From a virus (lineage: Duplodnaviria; Caudoviricetes), in IMG/VR virus record IMGVR_UViG_3300033463_000041, positions 1-64,000 of that record: a stretch of 64,000 nucleotides of DNA; one strand, 5' to 3'. A program made the translations under genes and the position numbers. Shown one piece after another: positions 1 to 9,597 of this stretch; the stretch's first letter is position 1; each line of letters starts with the position of its first letter. Under the pieces are notes generated by a model, which was not told the origin of the DNA, ran no database searches, and worked only from the letters and a program-made list of their open reading frames with translations.

Positions 1-14
1 CTCACGCCGACGAT

Positions 15-704
15 TTGCTGGGTAAGGACACATGGCAGGTGCGTCTTTCTCCTGAGCCTTATCTGAACGAGTGGGCTAACAATGTGGAGTTTGACCTGAC
101 AAGGATTGTGTTTGACAATGCCGAACCTGAAGAGGTGAAGCAACTGTTGCCAAAGTGGAACGACAAGATTCTTCATGCCTACCTTACGTGGCTCTATGGT
201 GGCAAGGACGGTACGCAGATTAAGTTGAACTTCGACGAGCGTGGTCAGGCCGACTCACAGAACGATGCACTGATAGACCTGTTGCGCGACCAGGGCTTGC
301 TCGACCAGATGATGTTTGTGAAGATCGAGTCGTGGAAAGGCTGTGCCCATTGTGTAGCCGTCTATAATGATGCACCAGACATTCTGATGGTCATTGGCGA
401 GGGCGGTGCCGATTTCTATACCGTAGCCGATGACATTTGGTACTCCAGTCAGGGAAGCACCATCATCAATCCGGACGCTTGCAGCGAGTTTAGCGGTTGG
501 GGTACACGTAGCATGGTAGGTTTCTGCCTGCGTCAGATTCTCTCTGAGGATAATCACAAGGCTGCATTGAAGGAGCAGCAGAACGTGAGCAAGCAGATGC
601 ACGGCAAACTGATGGACGACATCAACAACTACCGTGACATCTGGCAGATGTATCACGATGACTTCAACAAGCAGCAGCGTAAGAATATGGTTGATTTCGG
701 ATAA
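15..704 (+). CDS. Hypothetical phage protein, probably 5'-truncated by the window edge
   Basis: Long ORF co-oriented with the array; no recognisable motif. Confidence 0.7.
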   Translation: MLGKDTWQVRLSPEPYLNEWANNVEFDLTRIVFDNAEPEEVKQLLPKWNDKILHAYLTWLYGGKDGTQIKLNFDERGQADSQNDALIDLLRDQGLLDQMMFVKIESWKGCAHCVAVYNDAPDILMVIGEGGADFYTVADDIWYSSQGSTIINPDACSEFSGWGTRSMVGFCLRQILSEDNHKAALKEQQNVSKQMHGKLMDDINNYRDIWQMYHDDFNKQQRKNMVDFG

Positions 705-716
705 AGGAGTACGACT

Positions 717-1472
717 ATGGGAGGGTTTAAGAAATTCGTGTCGCAGGGTATGCAAACAAATGTAGAGTCCATCGAGGATAGGGTGAAGCGCTTGAAGAGC
801 GCCACCCTCCCCGGTGTGATACATACTTCGCTCGACCTGTACTATAACGACCTGAAAGAAGATAGCGAGGCTTACACCGCCCGCCTGGAACTATGGATGG
901 AAGATACCGTCAACTATCGTACAGTACATGCCCGCTGTGCCTCTTTCGATGAAGCGCTGAAGAAAATACAGGAGTACGAGGCATGTCTGATTGCAGGTAA
1001 GAAGACGGATGGCTTTGAGGTTTATAACGGCAAGAAGCATTACGAGGAAGAACTCTGCGAGCCAGATACGAACGGTCCCTTCGAGACAAGGGCTGAGTTT
1101 ACCACATGGACGGATGTACTGAACAAGCACATGAGATCCGACAAGAAGGGAGAAATCTGCAACGATCCGCGTACTGTTGCTGACCTGCCACGTCTGAGTC
1201 ACGGCATGGCGGTAGTGGTGCCTATCCCTAAAAAGGACGGAAAGATTCGCTGGTACATCGACTGGTTTGACTATGCCATTTATAAAAAGGACACAAAGGA
1301 TGTCAAGTTTGTCTGCATCCACGACGAGCACGACGGCATCTTTCCGCTTGATCCCTACATCAGCCATGCCCTTAATGAAGGACGCCCGGTACCACAAGCC
1401 TATACGCTGTGGTTGAAGAAGACCATCGGTGACATCAAGGCTACATTAAAGAATAACAAGGAATACAGATAA
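717..1472 (+). CDS. Hypothetical protein
   Basis: 251-aa ORF tightly packed in the plus-strand array. Confidence 0.75.
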   Translation: MGGFKKFVSQGMQTNVESIEDRVKRLKSATLPGVIHTSLDLYYNDLKEDSEAYTARLELWMEDTVNYRTVHARCASFDEALKKIQEYEACLIAGKKTDGFEVYNGKKHYEEELCEPDTNGPFETRAEFTTWTDVLNKHMRSDKKGEICNDPRTVADLPRLSHGMAVVVPIPKKDGKIRWYIDWFDYAIYKKDTKDVKFVCIHDEHDGIFPLDPYISHALNEGRPVPQAYTLWLKKTIGDIKATLKNNKEYR

Positions 1473-1489
1473 CTTTTAAAAGAAAAATT

Positions 1490-2047
1490 ATGGAACAGAA
1501 CAAGATTCAAGAAGCTGCCAGACAGTTGGCAGAACGCAGTAAGAACCCCGTAGGCAACAAGTCAGAAGGACGCAAGGGTTGTCTCGTAGTAATAGACGGC
1601 AAGCCACCCGTGGGCGACAATACCACGCTGATGCTCTATACTGTAAAATTCCGTGCCGTTGACGAGAAGAAGCCTACCGCCTATTTCTCACTTGAAGAGT
1701 CAAACCAGCAGGTGGTCAATCGGCTCATTGCCATTATTACTGGCATTGACCTGCAGAAGATAACCGATGGCACGCTGAGTGAGGACGAGTGGCTGTTGCT
1801 GGACGAGAAACTGCCGTTGCTGATAGATGCTCCGCTCTACATCGACGACACCCCTGCCCTATCGTTGGCAAATCTGAAGCGTCGTGTGACAAACCTCGCA
1901 AAGGATAACGGCGTGCGTCTGGTGGTAGTAGATCACCTGAACGAAATTACTGATGACGGAACGCCTACCAATGCTCACCGTATCGAGGCCAACCTGAAGT
2001 CTATTGCCGAAGAGCTGGGTATCACCATTATTGCTGTACAGGACTAA
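1490..2047 (+). CDS. Truncated DnaB-like helicase C-terminal domain protein with degenerate Walker A
   Basis: Motifs YFSLEES, LYIDDTPALS and LVVVDHL match DnaB_C; only 185 aa; Walker A region reads DGKPPVGDNT. Confidence 0.75.
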   Translation: MEQNKIQEAARQLAERSKNPVGNKSEGRKGCLVVIDGKPPVGDNTTLMLYTVKFRAVDEKKPTAYFSLEESNQQVVNRLIAIITGIDLQKITDGTLSEDEWLLLDEKLPLLIDAPLYIDDTPALSLANLKRRVTNLAKDNGVRLVVVDHLNEITDDGTPTNAHRIEANLKSIAEELGITIIAVQD

Positions 2048-2053
2048 CGCAAT

Positions 2054-2515
2054 ATGACCGAACAACAATTCCTGCAGCAAGTGTGGCGCCCATACGACAG
2101 TATTACCACCGACACGGGCATCAAGGGTCGCGTACAGAACGTATGCTTCCCTACCCGCTCGGTGCGGATCAAGATGCCAGACGGCCTACCTGAGTGGTTC
2201 CGTTGTGAACAGATTGTTACCCATACTTCTGCCAGCGGTGAGACTACAGACCTTGACATCATCAGGGAGCAGCAGCAAATCATTAAGAACCTCGAAGCGC
2301 AGAACACCCGTATGTCAGAGGCAAAGCGCAATACAGAGGAGAAGCTGCATGAGGTGCGACAGAAACTTGAAGAGCGGATGCGTACACCTGTAACCGCTGA
2401 CCTGTTGAAGCAGCTCAACGTCATCCTAAACCTGGTTCGCGAGAAGAAAGCAAGAACCGAGAAACTGGAGGACTGTATGGAGCAAGTGAGTGAGTTCTTA
2501 GAGAAAATGAAATAA
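2054..2515 (+). CDS. Hypothetical protein with C-terminal coiled coil
   Basis: Heptad-rich E/K/Q C-terminal half. Confidence 0.75.
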   Translation: MTEQQFLQQVWRPYDSITTDTGIKGRVQNVCFPTRSVRIKMPDGLPEWFRCEQIVTHTSASGETTDLDIIREQQQIIKNLEAQNTRMSEAKRNTEEKLHEVRQKLEERMRTPVTADLLKQLNVILNLVREKKARTEKLEDCMEQVSEFLEKMK

Positions 2516-2523
2516 GACGAATT

Positions 2524-3108
2524 ATGATAGAGATACCGAAATATTCCATTGGAACGTATGATCCGAATGCGCTGGAAGAGAACCGTCGCACGGATTTTAC
2601 TCGACGCATACCAACGGGCCTTTCAGACAAGCAGATGGCACGCGACTCAAAGATATTCATGCAAATTCTTCGTGCTGCAGAAGGCGGTACCGACGGTGGC
2701 GCAGAACAGCGTGTGCTTGACTTGTTCTTCCGCAAGGCAAAGTTGCTGAGCAACCCACGCTATTGGGAAGTGATGCGCACGGTATGGATAGCCGCTGGTT
2801 CTACTGAGACGGCACAGAAGTTCCGAGCATTGATGAAGTCTGGCCGTCCCTGCCGCTCATGGTTTATGACACCGGAGGATGCAGAAGCGCTCGACAAGAT
2901 GGAGTTTCCGATTACCGTCTGGCGGGCCTACGACGCTGTGCGCTACCCAATGCTGGATCCCGGCATATCATGGACGCTGGATCGTGAGTGGTGCGAAGGA
3001 TATGCCAAGAGCAAAGGACGTATCGTCAAACAGCGTGAGGTTTACCGCGATGAGGTCTTTGCCTACATCACCCGTCGCAGCGAGGAAGAGATTATTATCC
3101 TGGACTGA
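2524..3108 (+). CDS. Hypothetical protein, possible ADP-ribosyltransferase-like fold
   Basis: R-S-E type pattern: ITVWRA ... GISWT ... SEEEII. Confidence 0.4.
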   Translation: MIEIPKYSIGTYDPNALEENRRTDFTRRIPTGLSDKQMARDSKIFMQILRAAEGGTDGGAEQRVLDLFFRKAKLLSNPRYWEVMRTVWIAAGSTETAQKFRALMKSGRPCRSWFMTPEDAEALDKMEFPITVWRAYDAVRYPMLDPGISWTLDREWCEGYAKSKGRIVKQREVYRDEVFAYITRRSEEEIIILD

Positions 3109-3297
3109 TTCAAACAAATTTTAAAATAACATTATTATGACAGGCGACATTAACATCCCAGAGATCTGGTATTCGTAAGGAAATAGGGACGGGAGTAAGA
3201 ACTCGGATAATGGCCCGAGTGGGTTTTTGTTTTTCTTTGACCCAGCCAGCGCCGTTTCTGTCCCTTACATTTACAAAACTTTAACAGATAACAAGAT

Positions 3298-4044
3298 ATG
3301 CAGAAGATAATGTTTGAACACCGTAGATTTGGTTTGGATCAGGCGGTGATAGACGGACTGAAAGAGATGACGCGACGCACTGCAAAGTTGCCTGATGGAC
3401 TTGAACAAAGCGATGTGTGGAATCCTGTAATGGGCATTGACAGCAAAGGCAGGGTGTATTTTACGGTGGACTGCATTGACGGTAAGCAACGCGACCTGTA
3501 CCCACGATACCAGATAGGCGAAGAAGTGGCCGTTGCTCAGACCTACAAGGATATTGACTATCGCGGCATTGTCGCTTGCGAGGACGCATCGGCCATTGGG
3601 CCTGGCATGGTTAGACCGATAACGGCGCAGGAGTCGGCAGGTTGGAATAACATGATGTTTGTCCGTGCAGACCTAATGCCAGAAAGCATCAAGATTACGA
3701 ACATCAAGTTGGAGCGGATGCAGGACATATCGGACGAGGACTGTCGCAAGGAGGGCATCATCTATGTGAAGTGGCGCCAGTATCCAGAACCGTTCAGTGA
3801 TCGCTATGTTGACCACGACCTGTGGACGCTTCCTAAATACGAGCAGCAATTTACCGACGCATGGTCGGACGATGACCCTGACGCATGGGCTGCCGAAAGT
3901 CCAAAAACCGCCTTCACCGTGCTTATTCGCAAGATGTGTGGAAAGAAAGCATGGGACTCGAATCCTTGGGTATTCGTGTATCAATTTGAACTGATAAAAA
4001 ATATTTTAAAGCTACAACATTATGAAGACAAACGAAATTATTGA
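3298..4044 (+). CDS. ASCH/PUA-like phage protein
   Basis: KEMTRR, ERMQDISDEDCRKEG and WDSNPWVFVYQF motifs typical of this phage family. Confidence 0.65.
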   Translation: MQKIMFEHRRFGLDQAVIDGLKEMTRRTAKLPDGLEQSDVWNPVMGIDSKGRVYFTVDCIDGKQRDLYPRYQIGEEVAVAQTYKDIDYRGIVACEDASAIGPGMVRPITAQESAGWNNMMFVRADLMPESIKITNIKLERMQDISDEDCRKEGIIYVKWRQYPEPFSDRYVDHDLWTLPKYEQQFTDAWSDDDPDAWAAESPKTAFTVLIRKMCGKKAWDSNPWVFVYQFELIKNILKLQHYEDKRNY

Positions 4045-4162
4045 AAAGAAAGTCATCGCCCTGCATAAAGAGGGTTGGCAAGTACCTAATATCGCCAGCA
4101 TTGCCCGTGTAAAACCAGACGTGGTGAAGCAGATATTGAGAGAGAAGAACCTGCTGATGTAA
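4022..4162 (+). CDS. Small HTH-like protein (46 aa, not in ORF track)
   Basis: MKTNEIIEKKVIALHKEGWQVPNIASIARVKPDVVKQILREKNLLM fills the gap between two genes. Confidence 0.55.
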   Translation: MKTNEIIEKKVIALHKEGWQVPNIASIARVKPDVVKQILREKNLLM

Positions 4163-4170
4163 TACAGGAT

Positions 4171-4677
4171 ATGGCAAAACATGGATTAACAGTAGCAAAG
4201 GCTACTAAGGAAGAGTTCAAGCGTGTTTGGGATTGGCTTCATACTATGGAGGCACTGTTTGATGGGCGCGGCATGTTCAGCACGGAAGAAGATTGGCGTG
4301 AGTGGGATGACGATGAGCCTGCAAAGAAACAGCTGCTGCAGATAGAAAAGGAAGTTATCGAAAGCGATGGTGCTATGTGGGATGGAAAGGCCGATAACGA
4401 TCGTGTGCTTTTCCTGTGGATGAAGCGGTCTTTTCTGAAAGCGAATAAATCAGGGAGTATAGGGCGCATACTCTTCGATTGTGAGACACTGATAGAGAAT
4501 GCCTGCGACCCGAAGTTGGACTATTTGGAGTTTAAACCCAGCATAATGTATGCTGAACGTAACGCTTTGGAGAAGGTAAATAAAATCATTAGCCGTGGCG
4601 AACTGAAAGGGCGGAACCCACAGAAGATAATTGCATCCATCAAGAAACTGATCGAGAAATCAAAAAAGGAGGATTGA
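4171..4677 (+). CDS. Hypothetical protein
   Basis: ORF in operon-like array. Confidence 0.75.
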   Translation: MAKHGLTVAKATKEEFKRVWDWLHTMEALFDGRGMFSTEEDWREWDDDEPAKKQLLQIEKEVIESDGAMWDGKADNDRVLFLWMKRSFLKANKSGSIGRILFDCETLIENACDPKLDYLEFKPSIMYAERNALEKVNKIISRGELKGRNPQKIIASIKKLIEKSKKED

Positions 4678-4680
4678 ACA

Positions 4681-5103
4681 ATGGCAAATGAAGTAGTTTG
4701 TAACTCGTTTCACGATACGCTGAATTGTGGTATGCGTGAAATTCATAAAATTGAGTTGGCAGCCATCGAAGATATCTTGCGCCATCATATCGAGAATCCA
4801 ATAGAAGGAGAACTGACACGTGAGAAAGTAAAACGTGCTGGAGTCCGTTGTATAGTGTACGACGCTGACATGAATGGAGAGTATATGCCAGATATGAAAT
4901 GGGAGGATGGCAACTTGAAATTAGAGATCACGAGTCCGCTACTTGGTATAGCACAGGGTGAATGGCTGATTGGACGTAACGGCATCCGACGCAGGCTGAC
5001 AGAGAAAGAAGAAGCATACCTGTCAAAGCTGGAGCAGGAAGAATGGATGGAAGAAATGGGATTAAACAAGAATAGAGGACTGAGCAATGAAACCGATACT
5101 TGA
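4681..5103 (+). CDS. Hypothetical protein
   Basis: ORF in array. Confidence 0.7.
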   Translation: MANEVVCNSFHDTLNCGMREIHKIELAAIEDILRHHIENPIEGELTREKVKRAGVRCIVYDADMNGEYMPDMKWEDGNLKLEITSPLLGIAQGEWLIGRNGIRRRLTEKEEAYLSKLEQEEWMEEMGLNKNRGLSNETDT

Positions 5104-5592
5104 TGCCTGTTGTGGCGGTAAGATGTTCTACTTCGACAAGGACGATCCACGTGTGTTGTTCCAAGATGTTCGCTGCATTGAAACGAAGTTGAAGGACAGA
5201 GGGAAACTCAGAACTTTCTCTGTTAGCCCAGATGTGCAGGCCGACTTTACGTCTATGCCGCATGCCGACAATATGTTTCGTATGGTCGTTTTTGACCCCC
5301 CCATTTGAAATACACGGGCTCAAAGAAGGAGGCTCAGAACTGGCAGATGGTGAAGTACGGTTGGTTGCCTGCTCATGGCTGGAAGAATATCTTGCGTAAA
5401 GGATTCGCTGAGTGCTTTCGTGTATTACAGCCAGGTGGCTTCCTTATCTTTAAGTGGAACGAGACGGACATCAAAGTTTCTGAGGTGTTGGAATTGACAG
5501 AACATAAGCCAATCTTCGGTCATATCAGCGGCAAACGTGCCAACACCCATTGGATATGTTTTATGAAACCAGAAGAAAGTATTGACAAATAA
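5087..5592 (+). pseudogene. SAM-dependent (DNA amino-)methyltransferase split by a -1 frameshift at a C7 tract
   Basis: ILDACCGGKMF SAM motif in 5087..5308; one extra C at 5296-5302 restores DPPH-LK and joins to 5305..5592 (ECFRVLQPGGFLIFKWNE). Confidence 0.8.
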
Positions 5593-5601
5593 ATAACGAC
5601 T

Positions 5602-5970
5602 ATGCAGACATTACAGATTATCACTACGCTAATGAGCATCATGTGTTATGGCGCGATGACATTCTTAGCCAGTTTTGCTTTCGTCAGGCTCCGCAGGCTA
5701 AGCAATGAGGTTGGCAGACTTCACCACGATGTACATACAACGCTGTGCATCACGATGGGCGAGCACATCCGTAACAACGTGGATGAACTGAACAGCATGA
5801 AGGAACGCCTCGAAGAGCTGCTGGAAGATGAGCGCTTTGAGGATGCCGCAAGGTTAAAGAAAATCATCGAACACCAGGAACATCAGATAGAGCTGGCAAT
5901 AGCCAGATTCAAAAAGACTTTTGGTGAGGATACCGTGAGAGTTGAGATGACGAAGTTTAGAGTGAGTTAA
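5602..5970 (+). CDS. Membrane-anchored protein with UVR-like coiled coil
   Basis: N-terminal TM helix; LEELLEDERFEDAARLK resembles the UvrB/C motif. Confidence 0.6.
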   Translation: MQTLQIITTLMSIMCYGAMTFLASFAFVRLRRLSNEVGRLHHDVHTTLCITMGEHIRNNVDELNSMKERLEELLEDERFEDAARLKKIIEHQEHQIELAIARFKKTFGEDTVRVEMTKFRVS

Positions 5971-5981
5971 AGTTTGAGATT

Positions 5982-6431
5982 ATGGCAAAAGAGGACAACT
6001 GGGAAAAACTACCTGCTGACAAGTCGCTGATGACTCAGACCGAAGGTGAGCATGTACCCATTGGGAATATCATCGTCACCAGTGAGATTGACGAGAAGTT
6101 GAGAGCTGCTGCAGATGCCTACCTGAAAGAGCTACTCCCGGACTGTCAGATAAAACGCTGGATAGATGACGTGGTACTGGAACGACTGAAGGAACAGGAG
6201 AACTGGCCGAATGGTACGGAGGTGATTATCTACTGCCACGATGAAGACCGTGAGGCGATAAATGCCGAGGTGGAAAGCAAGGGGTATAAGATTGCGGGCT
6301 ATGTGTCTTGCAATGAACTCTGGTTTCTCGCTGATGCTATCAAGAAAGGACAGTATTTGATGGCGAAGAAGGAGGTTGTCCAATGGAATCCAAATCCAAG
6401 CATCTCTCATAACGCTCGTATGCACTTTTGA
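5982..6431 (+). CDS. Hypothetical protein, paralogue of 23956..24411
   Basis: Shared WPxGTEV..CHxEDREA...KGYKIA block. Confidence 0.75.
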   Translation: MAKEDNWEKLPADKSLMTQTEGEHVPIGNIIVTSEIDEKLRAAADAYLKELLPDCQIKRWIDDVVLERLKEQENWPNGTEVIIYCHDEDREAINAEVESKGYKIAGYVSCNELWFLADAIKKGQYLMAKKEVVQWNPNPSISHNARMHF

Positions 6432-6459
6432 ATAAACTAAAAGCAAGAAAGGACTGAAT

Positions 6460-6828
6460 ATGATTAATAAGAATATGTTTTATGGCGAACCAAAGCTGAA
6501 TGACTATCGGGAAATGGATATCCGCGAGATAATACGCGAGCATTTGCTGATGAAGGGTACAAAAGGCAGGATGATAGGCAAGAATGGCACACATCCGGTA
6601 GATGTCAATCGCTTTGTGAATCCCAAAGACCTTGTAAGATCTGGCTTGTTTGTCTATGGCCTTAAAGATAACCCGACCAATCGCAGTGCAGTGGCATACT
6701 ACTGTGAGCGATGGGCACGAAAAAACCAAATTATGCAAGGCTCGGAGATTAAGGTTCCTGAAGACCTTTGGGAAGAGTGCGACAAAAAGAACTGTGAGTT
6801 TACTAATGGCAACGACAGAAAAGTTTAA
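6460..6828 (+). CDS. Hypothetical protein
   Basis: ORF in array. Confidence 0.7.
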   Translation: MINKNMFYGEPKLNDYREMDIREIIREHLLMKGTKGRMIGKNGTHPVDVNRFVNPKDLVRSGLFVYGLKDNPTNRSAVAYYCERWARKNQIMQGSEIKVPEDLWEECDKKNCEFTNGNDRKV

Positions 6829-6848
6829 CAAATAAAAGCTACAACATT

Positions 6849-7211
6849 ATGACAAAAAATGATTTCAAGAAACTGGTGCCTGACGTAATGTGTCAGGACT
6901 TGGTAGTAACGACTGACAACCCTGCAACATTGAGCGAAAAGGCTCGTAACGTGGCCGACATGATGGAGACAGGTCTGATAGCATACGACTTTACTGGAAC
7001 TGCAAAGGGCTACCGTCTGAAGGTGTTCACCAGTTATGCCTTTAAGGCGTTTCTCGACACATTGAAGCCAGGTGCTAAGGTGACTAATGCGCGTGGCCGT
7101 GAGTTCACCATTGAGAGTGAGCCTTATATTGCAAACCTCAGAATGTGTGTCCGTGCCAATGGAGACTCATGGTTTTGTGATACTATTTACGATAAGGATA
7201 AGGAGTATTAG
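6849..7211 (+). CDS. Hypothetical protein
   Basis: ORF in array with AT-rich start. Confidence 0.7.
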   Translation: MTKNDFKKLVPDVMCQDLVVTTDNPATLSEKARNVADMMETGLIAYDFTGTAKGYRLKVFTSYAFKAFLDTLKPGAKVTNARGREFTIESEPYIANLRMCVRANGDSWFCDTIYDKDKEY

Positions 7212-7213
7212 TT

Positions 7214-7537
7214 ATGGCTTACGGAGTATGTAAAGTATGTGGATGCACAGACAATGATCCGTGTCACAATCCGGAACGCGGTAACTGTTGGTGGGTGGAC
7301 GACACACATGAGTTGTGTAGCCATTGTGCAGACCCTGATATTGCGAACCATCCTGCCACCCAGCATTGTATTAACAGTAATGGATTCGACCCATACCCTG
7401 GTATTGAACGTAAAGACCTTGCATCATTGGGATGTCCATTCCCCGATGAGGATGGTGATATGTGTTCTGAATGTTCTCATTATAACTCCTCCAGTGTTTT
7501 TACGGGAGAGTGTGATTTGGGAATTAAAATAGTATGA
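7214..7537 (+). CDS. Cys-rich zinc-finger-like protein
   Basis: CKVCGCTDNDPC...CWWV...LCSHC and further CxxC. Confidence 0.7.
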   Translation: MAYGVCKVCGCTDNDPCHNPERGNCWWVDDTHELCSHCADPDIANHPATQHCINSNGFDPYPGIERKDLASLGCPFPDEDGDMCSECSHYNSSSVFTGECDLGIKIV

Positions 7538-7561
7538 TGAAAATAATAAAGGCATAACATT

Positions 7562-8284
7562 ATGAAACTGAAACATATTACATTTACAGGCATTGATGAA
7601 AATACAGAAATCATGGCTTTACGGGAGATTCAGAAAGAGTATCCTATAGCAGAGTTCGGAGTGCTGACAAGTTTCCATTGGTACGAGAACGGCAATCGCT
7701 ATCCCGACTTGCGTGTAATGAAGCCTTGGCTGAGATACGGCGAGCTGAACCTTGCGCTGCACCTGTGTGGCTCGGCGGCCAACGATGCTGCCTATGGGAG
7801 TTATGACGACATCCACTTCCTGACCTACGGCATGTATCCTTACTTCCAGCGCATACAGTTGAACATCGCCAACCGCAGCAACAATCCGAAGCAGGTGGCT
7901 GCTGCTGACTACGGACAGGAAATCATCGTGCAACAGCGCGACACCGACAGCCTGACACTCTTCAATGATACCTTGGAGAAGTGGAAGCCTTATCTTGGCG
8001 ACGTGTCGGTGTTGCTCGACGCATCAGGCGGTCAGGGTATCGACACACCCATCAAGGTGTTGCCGAATGCAGGAAAGTCGTTCAAGGTTGGCTATGCCGG
8101 AGGCTTCAATCCCGAAAACGTAGCCGATAAGCTGCACTATCTGCTGACTAACGACGAGGTGGGCGATTTCTGGATTGATATGGAGAGCGGTGTGCGCACA
8201 GATGACTGGTTTGATCTTGACAAAGTGAGACGTGTGCTTGCTATTTGCAACGATGTGATTAGAGACTTGGGAATGGAGGTGTGA
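7562..8284 (+). CDS. TrpF/PRAI-like TIM-barrel protein
   Basis: LLDASGGQG, GYAGGFNPENV and IDMESGVRT...DLDKV phosphate-binding barrel motifs. Confidence 0.65.
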   Translation: MKLKHITFTGIDENTEIMALREIQKEYPIAEFGVLTSFHWYENGNRYPDLRVMKPWLRYGELNLALHLCGSAANDAAYGSYDDIHFLTYGMYPYFQRIQLNIANRSNNPKQVAAADYGQEIIVQQRDTDSLTLFNDTLEKWKPYLGDVSVLLDASGGQGIDTPIKVLPNAGKSFKVGYAGGFNPENVADKLHYLLTNDEVGDFWIDMESGVRTDDWFDLDKVRRVLAICNDVIRDLGMEV

Positions 8285-8287
8285 GCT

Positions 8288-8668
8288 ATGGGTAAGAAGT
8301 TAGGTTATGTTCAGAGCCTCGTTCTGAGTACATATATCGACTGCAAAAAGAGAACGAAGAAAGATATTGAGTTCCGCAATGAACACGATTATCTGAAAGC
8401 CGACGAGGAGATGATTCGGTTTATGCTGGAAAATTCGAGCATCACCGACCATCATACGGACAATGCTTTCGACGAGGTGAACAATGCTATCATGCTCTTC
8501 TGCCGCAAACTCTGTCCTGGACAGTGGTGTAACCGCAGCCATTGCCAGTATTGTAGAAGCGGAAGTGCCTACAACTGCTCAAAGGGTACGCGCCCATCTG
8601 TATGCAAGGACTACAAGCGATGGCAAGAGAAGAAAAAGGCAAGAGAAGAAAAGGAATTAAACGAATAA
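8288..8668 (+). CDS. Cys-rich hypothetical protein
   Basis: ORF in array; CQYC and further Cys residues. Confidence 0.7.
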   Translation: MGKKLGYVQSLVLSTYIDCKKRTKKDIEFRNEHDYLKADEEMIRFMLENSSITDHHTDNAFDEVNNAIMLFCRKLCPGQWCNRSHCQYCRSGSAYNCSKGTRPSVCKDYKRWQEKKKAREEKELNE

Positions 8669-8672
8669 GACT

Positions 8673-8942
8673 ATGGCAAAGAAAACGGAGACCAAGAAGC
8701 AGACGGCAGAAGAGCGGGCGATGGCGCTGACGTCGGACGGTATTTTCCGGGCATTTGAGAATGCGGTGCCGAAGGGTGCCACGACGGTACACGTGCTGGA
8801 GGCTGCGGCAACTATCATCGTTTCGTCGCTCGTTCAGATGAACGCTACGAGAAATGACTTGCACAACATCATGGCCCATCTGGAGGAGTATGCTGCTAAG
8901 AGAATGGAAAAGAAGAAAGAAACGAAGGGAACTGATTTATGA
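8673..8942 (+). CDS. Hypothetical protein
   Basis: ORF; ATGA overlap with next gene. Confidence 0.7.
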   Translation: MAKKTETKKQTAEERAMALTSDGIFRAFENAVPKGATTVHVLEAAATIIVSSLVQMNATRNDLHNIMAHLEEYAAKRMEKKKETKGTDL

Positions 8943-9385
8943 GAAAGAGAAACATTGAAATCCTGACTGTGATGTCGTGGGATAACGAGTACCACGACGG
9001 CGAGTGGTTGCGAGCCATTGCGCTGTGCGACTCGTCGAATTACTTCGAGGTGGCCATCAACTGCATGCGCGACGGCTCGATGGGCGAGAAAGATGCCAAC
9101 GGTGTGTATGAGCGCAAGTGGTATGGCGACACGGCTGGCGAAGCCTACAGCGACCGCGACCTGCGCGGAGCCACGAAGGAGGAGGTGGCGCTCTACAAGG
9201 AGTACTGCCCGCAGGAGTTCCAGAACGGGACGTGGATAGACGGTGAGATGCGTGTCCGCATCATCGCCGAGGTGGACGACCGCTATGGGCACCACGTCAT
9301 CCGCGAGCTGCTGCCGCCGGTATGGTGGAAGCGCCTGTGGAAGTATATCCGCAACATCGGCAAGGACAACAGCCTGCCGTTCTGA
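8939..9385 (+). CDS. Hypothetical protein
   Basis: ORF with strongly GC3-biased codons. Confidence 0.7.
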   Translation: MRKRNIEILTVMSWDNEYHDGEWLRAIALCDSSNYFEVAINCMRDGSMGEKDANGVYERKWYGDTAGEAYSDRDLRGATKEEVALYKEYCPQEFQNGTWIDGEMRVRIIAEVDDRYGHHVIRELLPPVWWKRLWKYIRNIGKDNSLPF

Positions 9386-9418
9386 GAGTTTACGAACACG
9401 AATTTAACGAATTAAATT

Positions 9419-9589
9419 ATGTCAGAAGAAAAGAGAGAACAGACCATTCAAGGTTTGGCAGACTTAATGAGAACTAAGCCGTTTCAGGTGGAGTTCAAAG
9501 TGAAGAAGAAGCCGCAAGGCATTAAGGTCATCATTGAGGTGACGCAGGAACAGATGGACGGCATAGTAGATCAAACTGCTAAAAGATAG
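9419..9589 (+). CDS. Small hypothetical protein (56 aa, not in ORF track)
   Basis: MSEEKREQTIQGLADLMRTKPFQVEFKVKKK... with AT-rich upstream; fills the gap. Confidence 0.6.
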   Translation: MSEEKREQTIQGLADLMRTKPFQVEFKVKKKPQGIKVIIEVTQEQMDGIVDQTAKR

Positions 9590-9597
9590 GCTGACGT

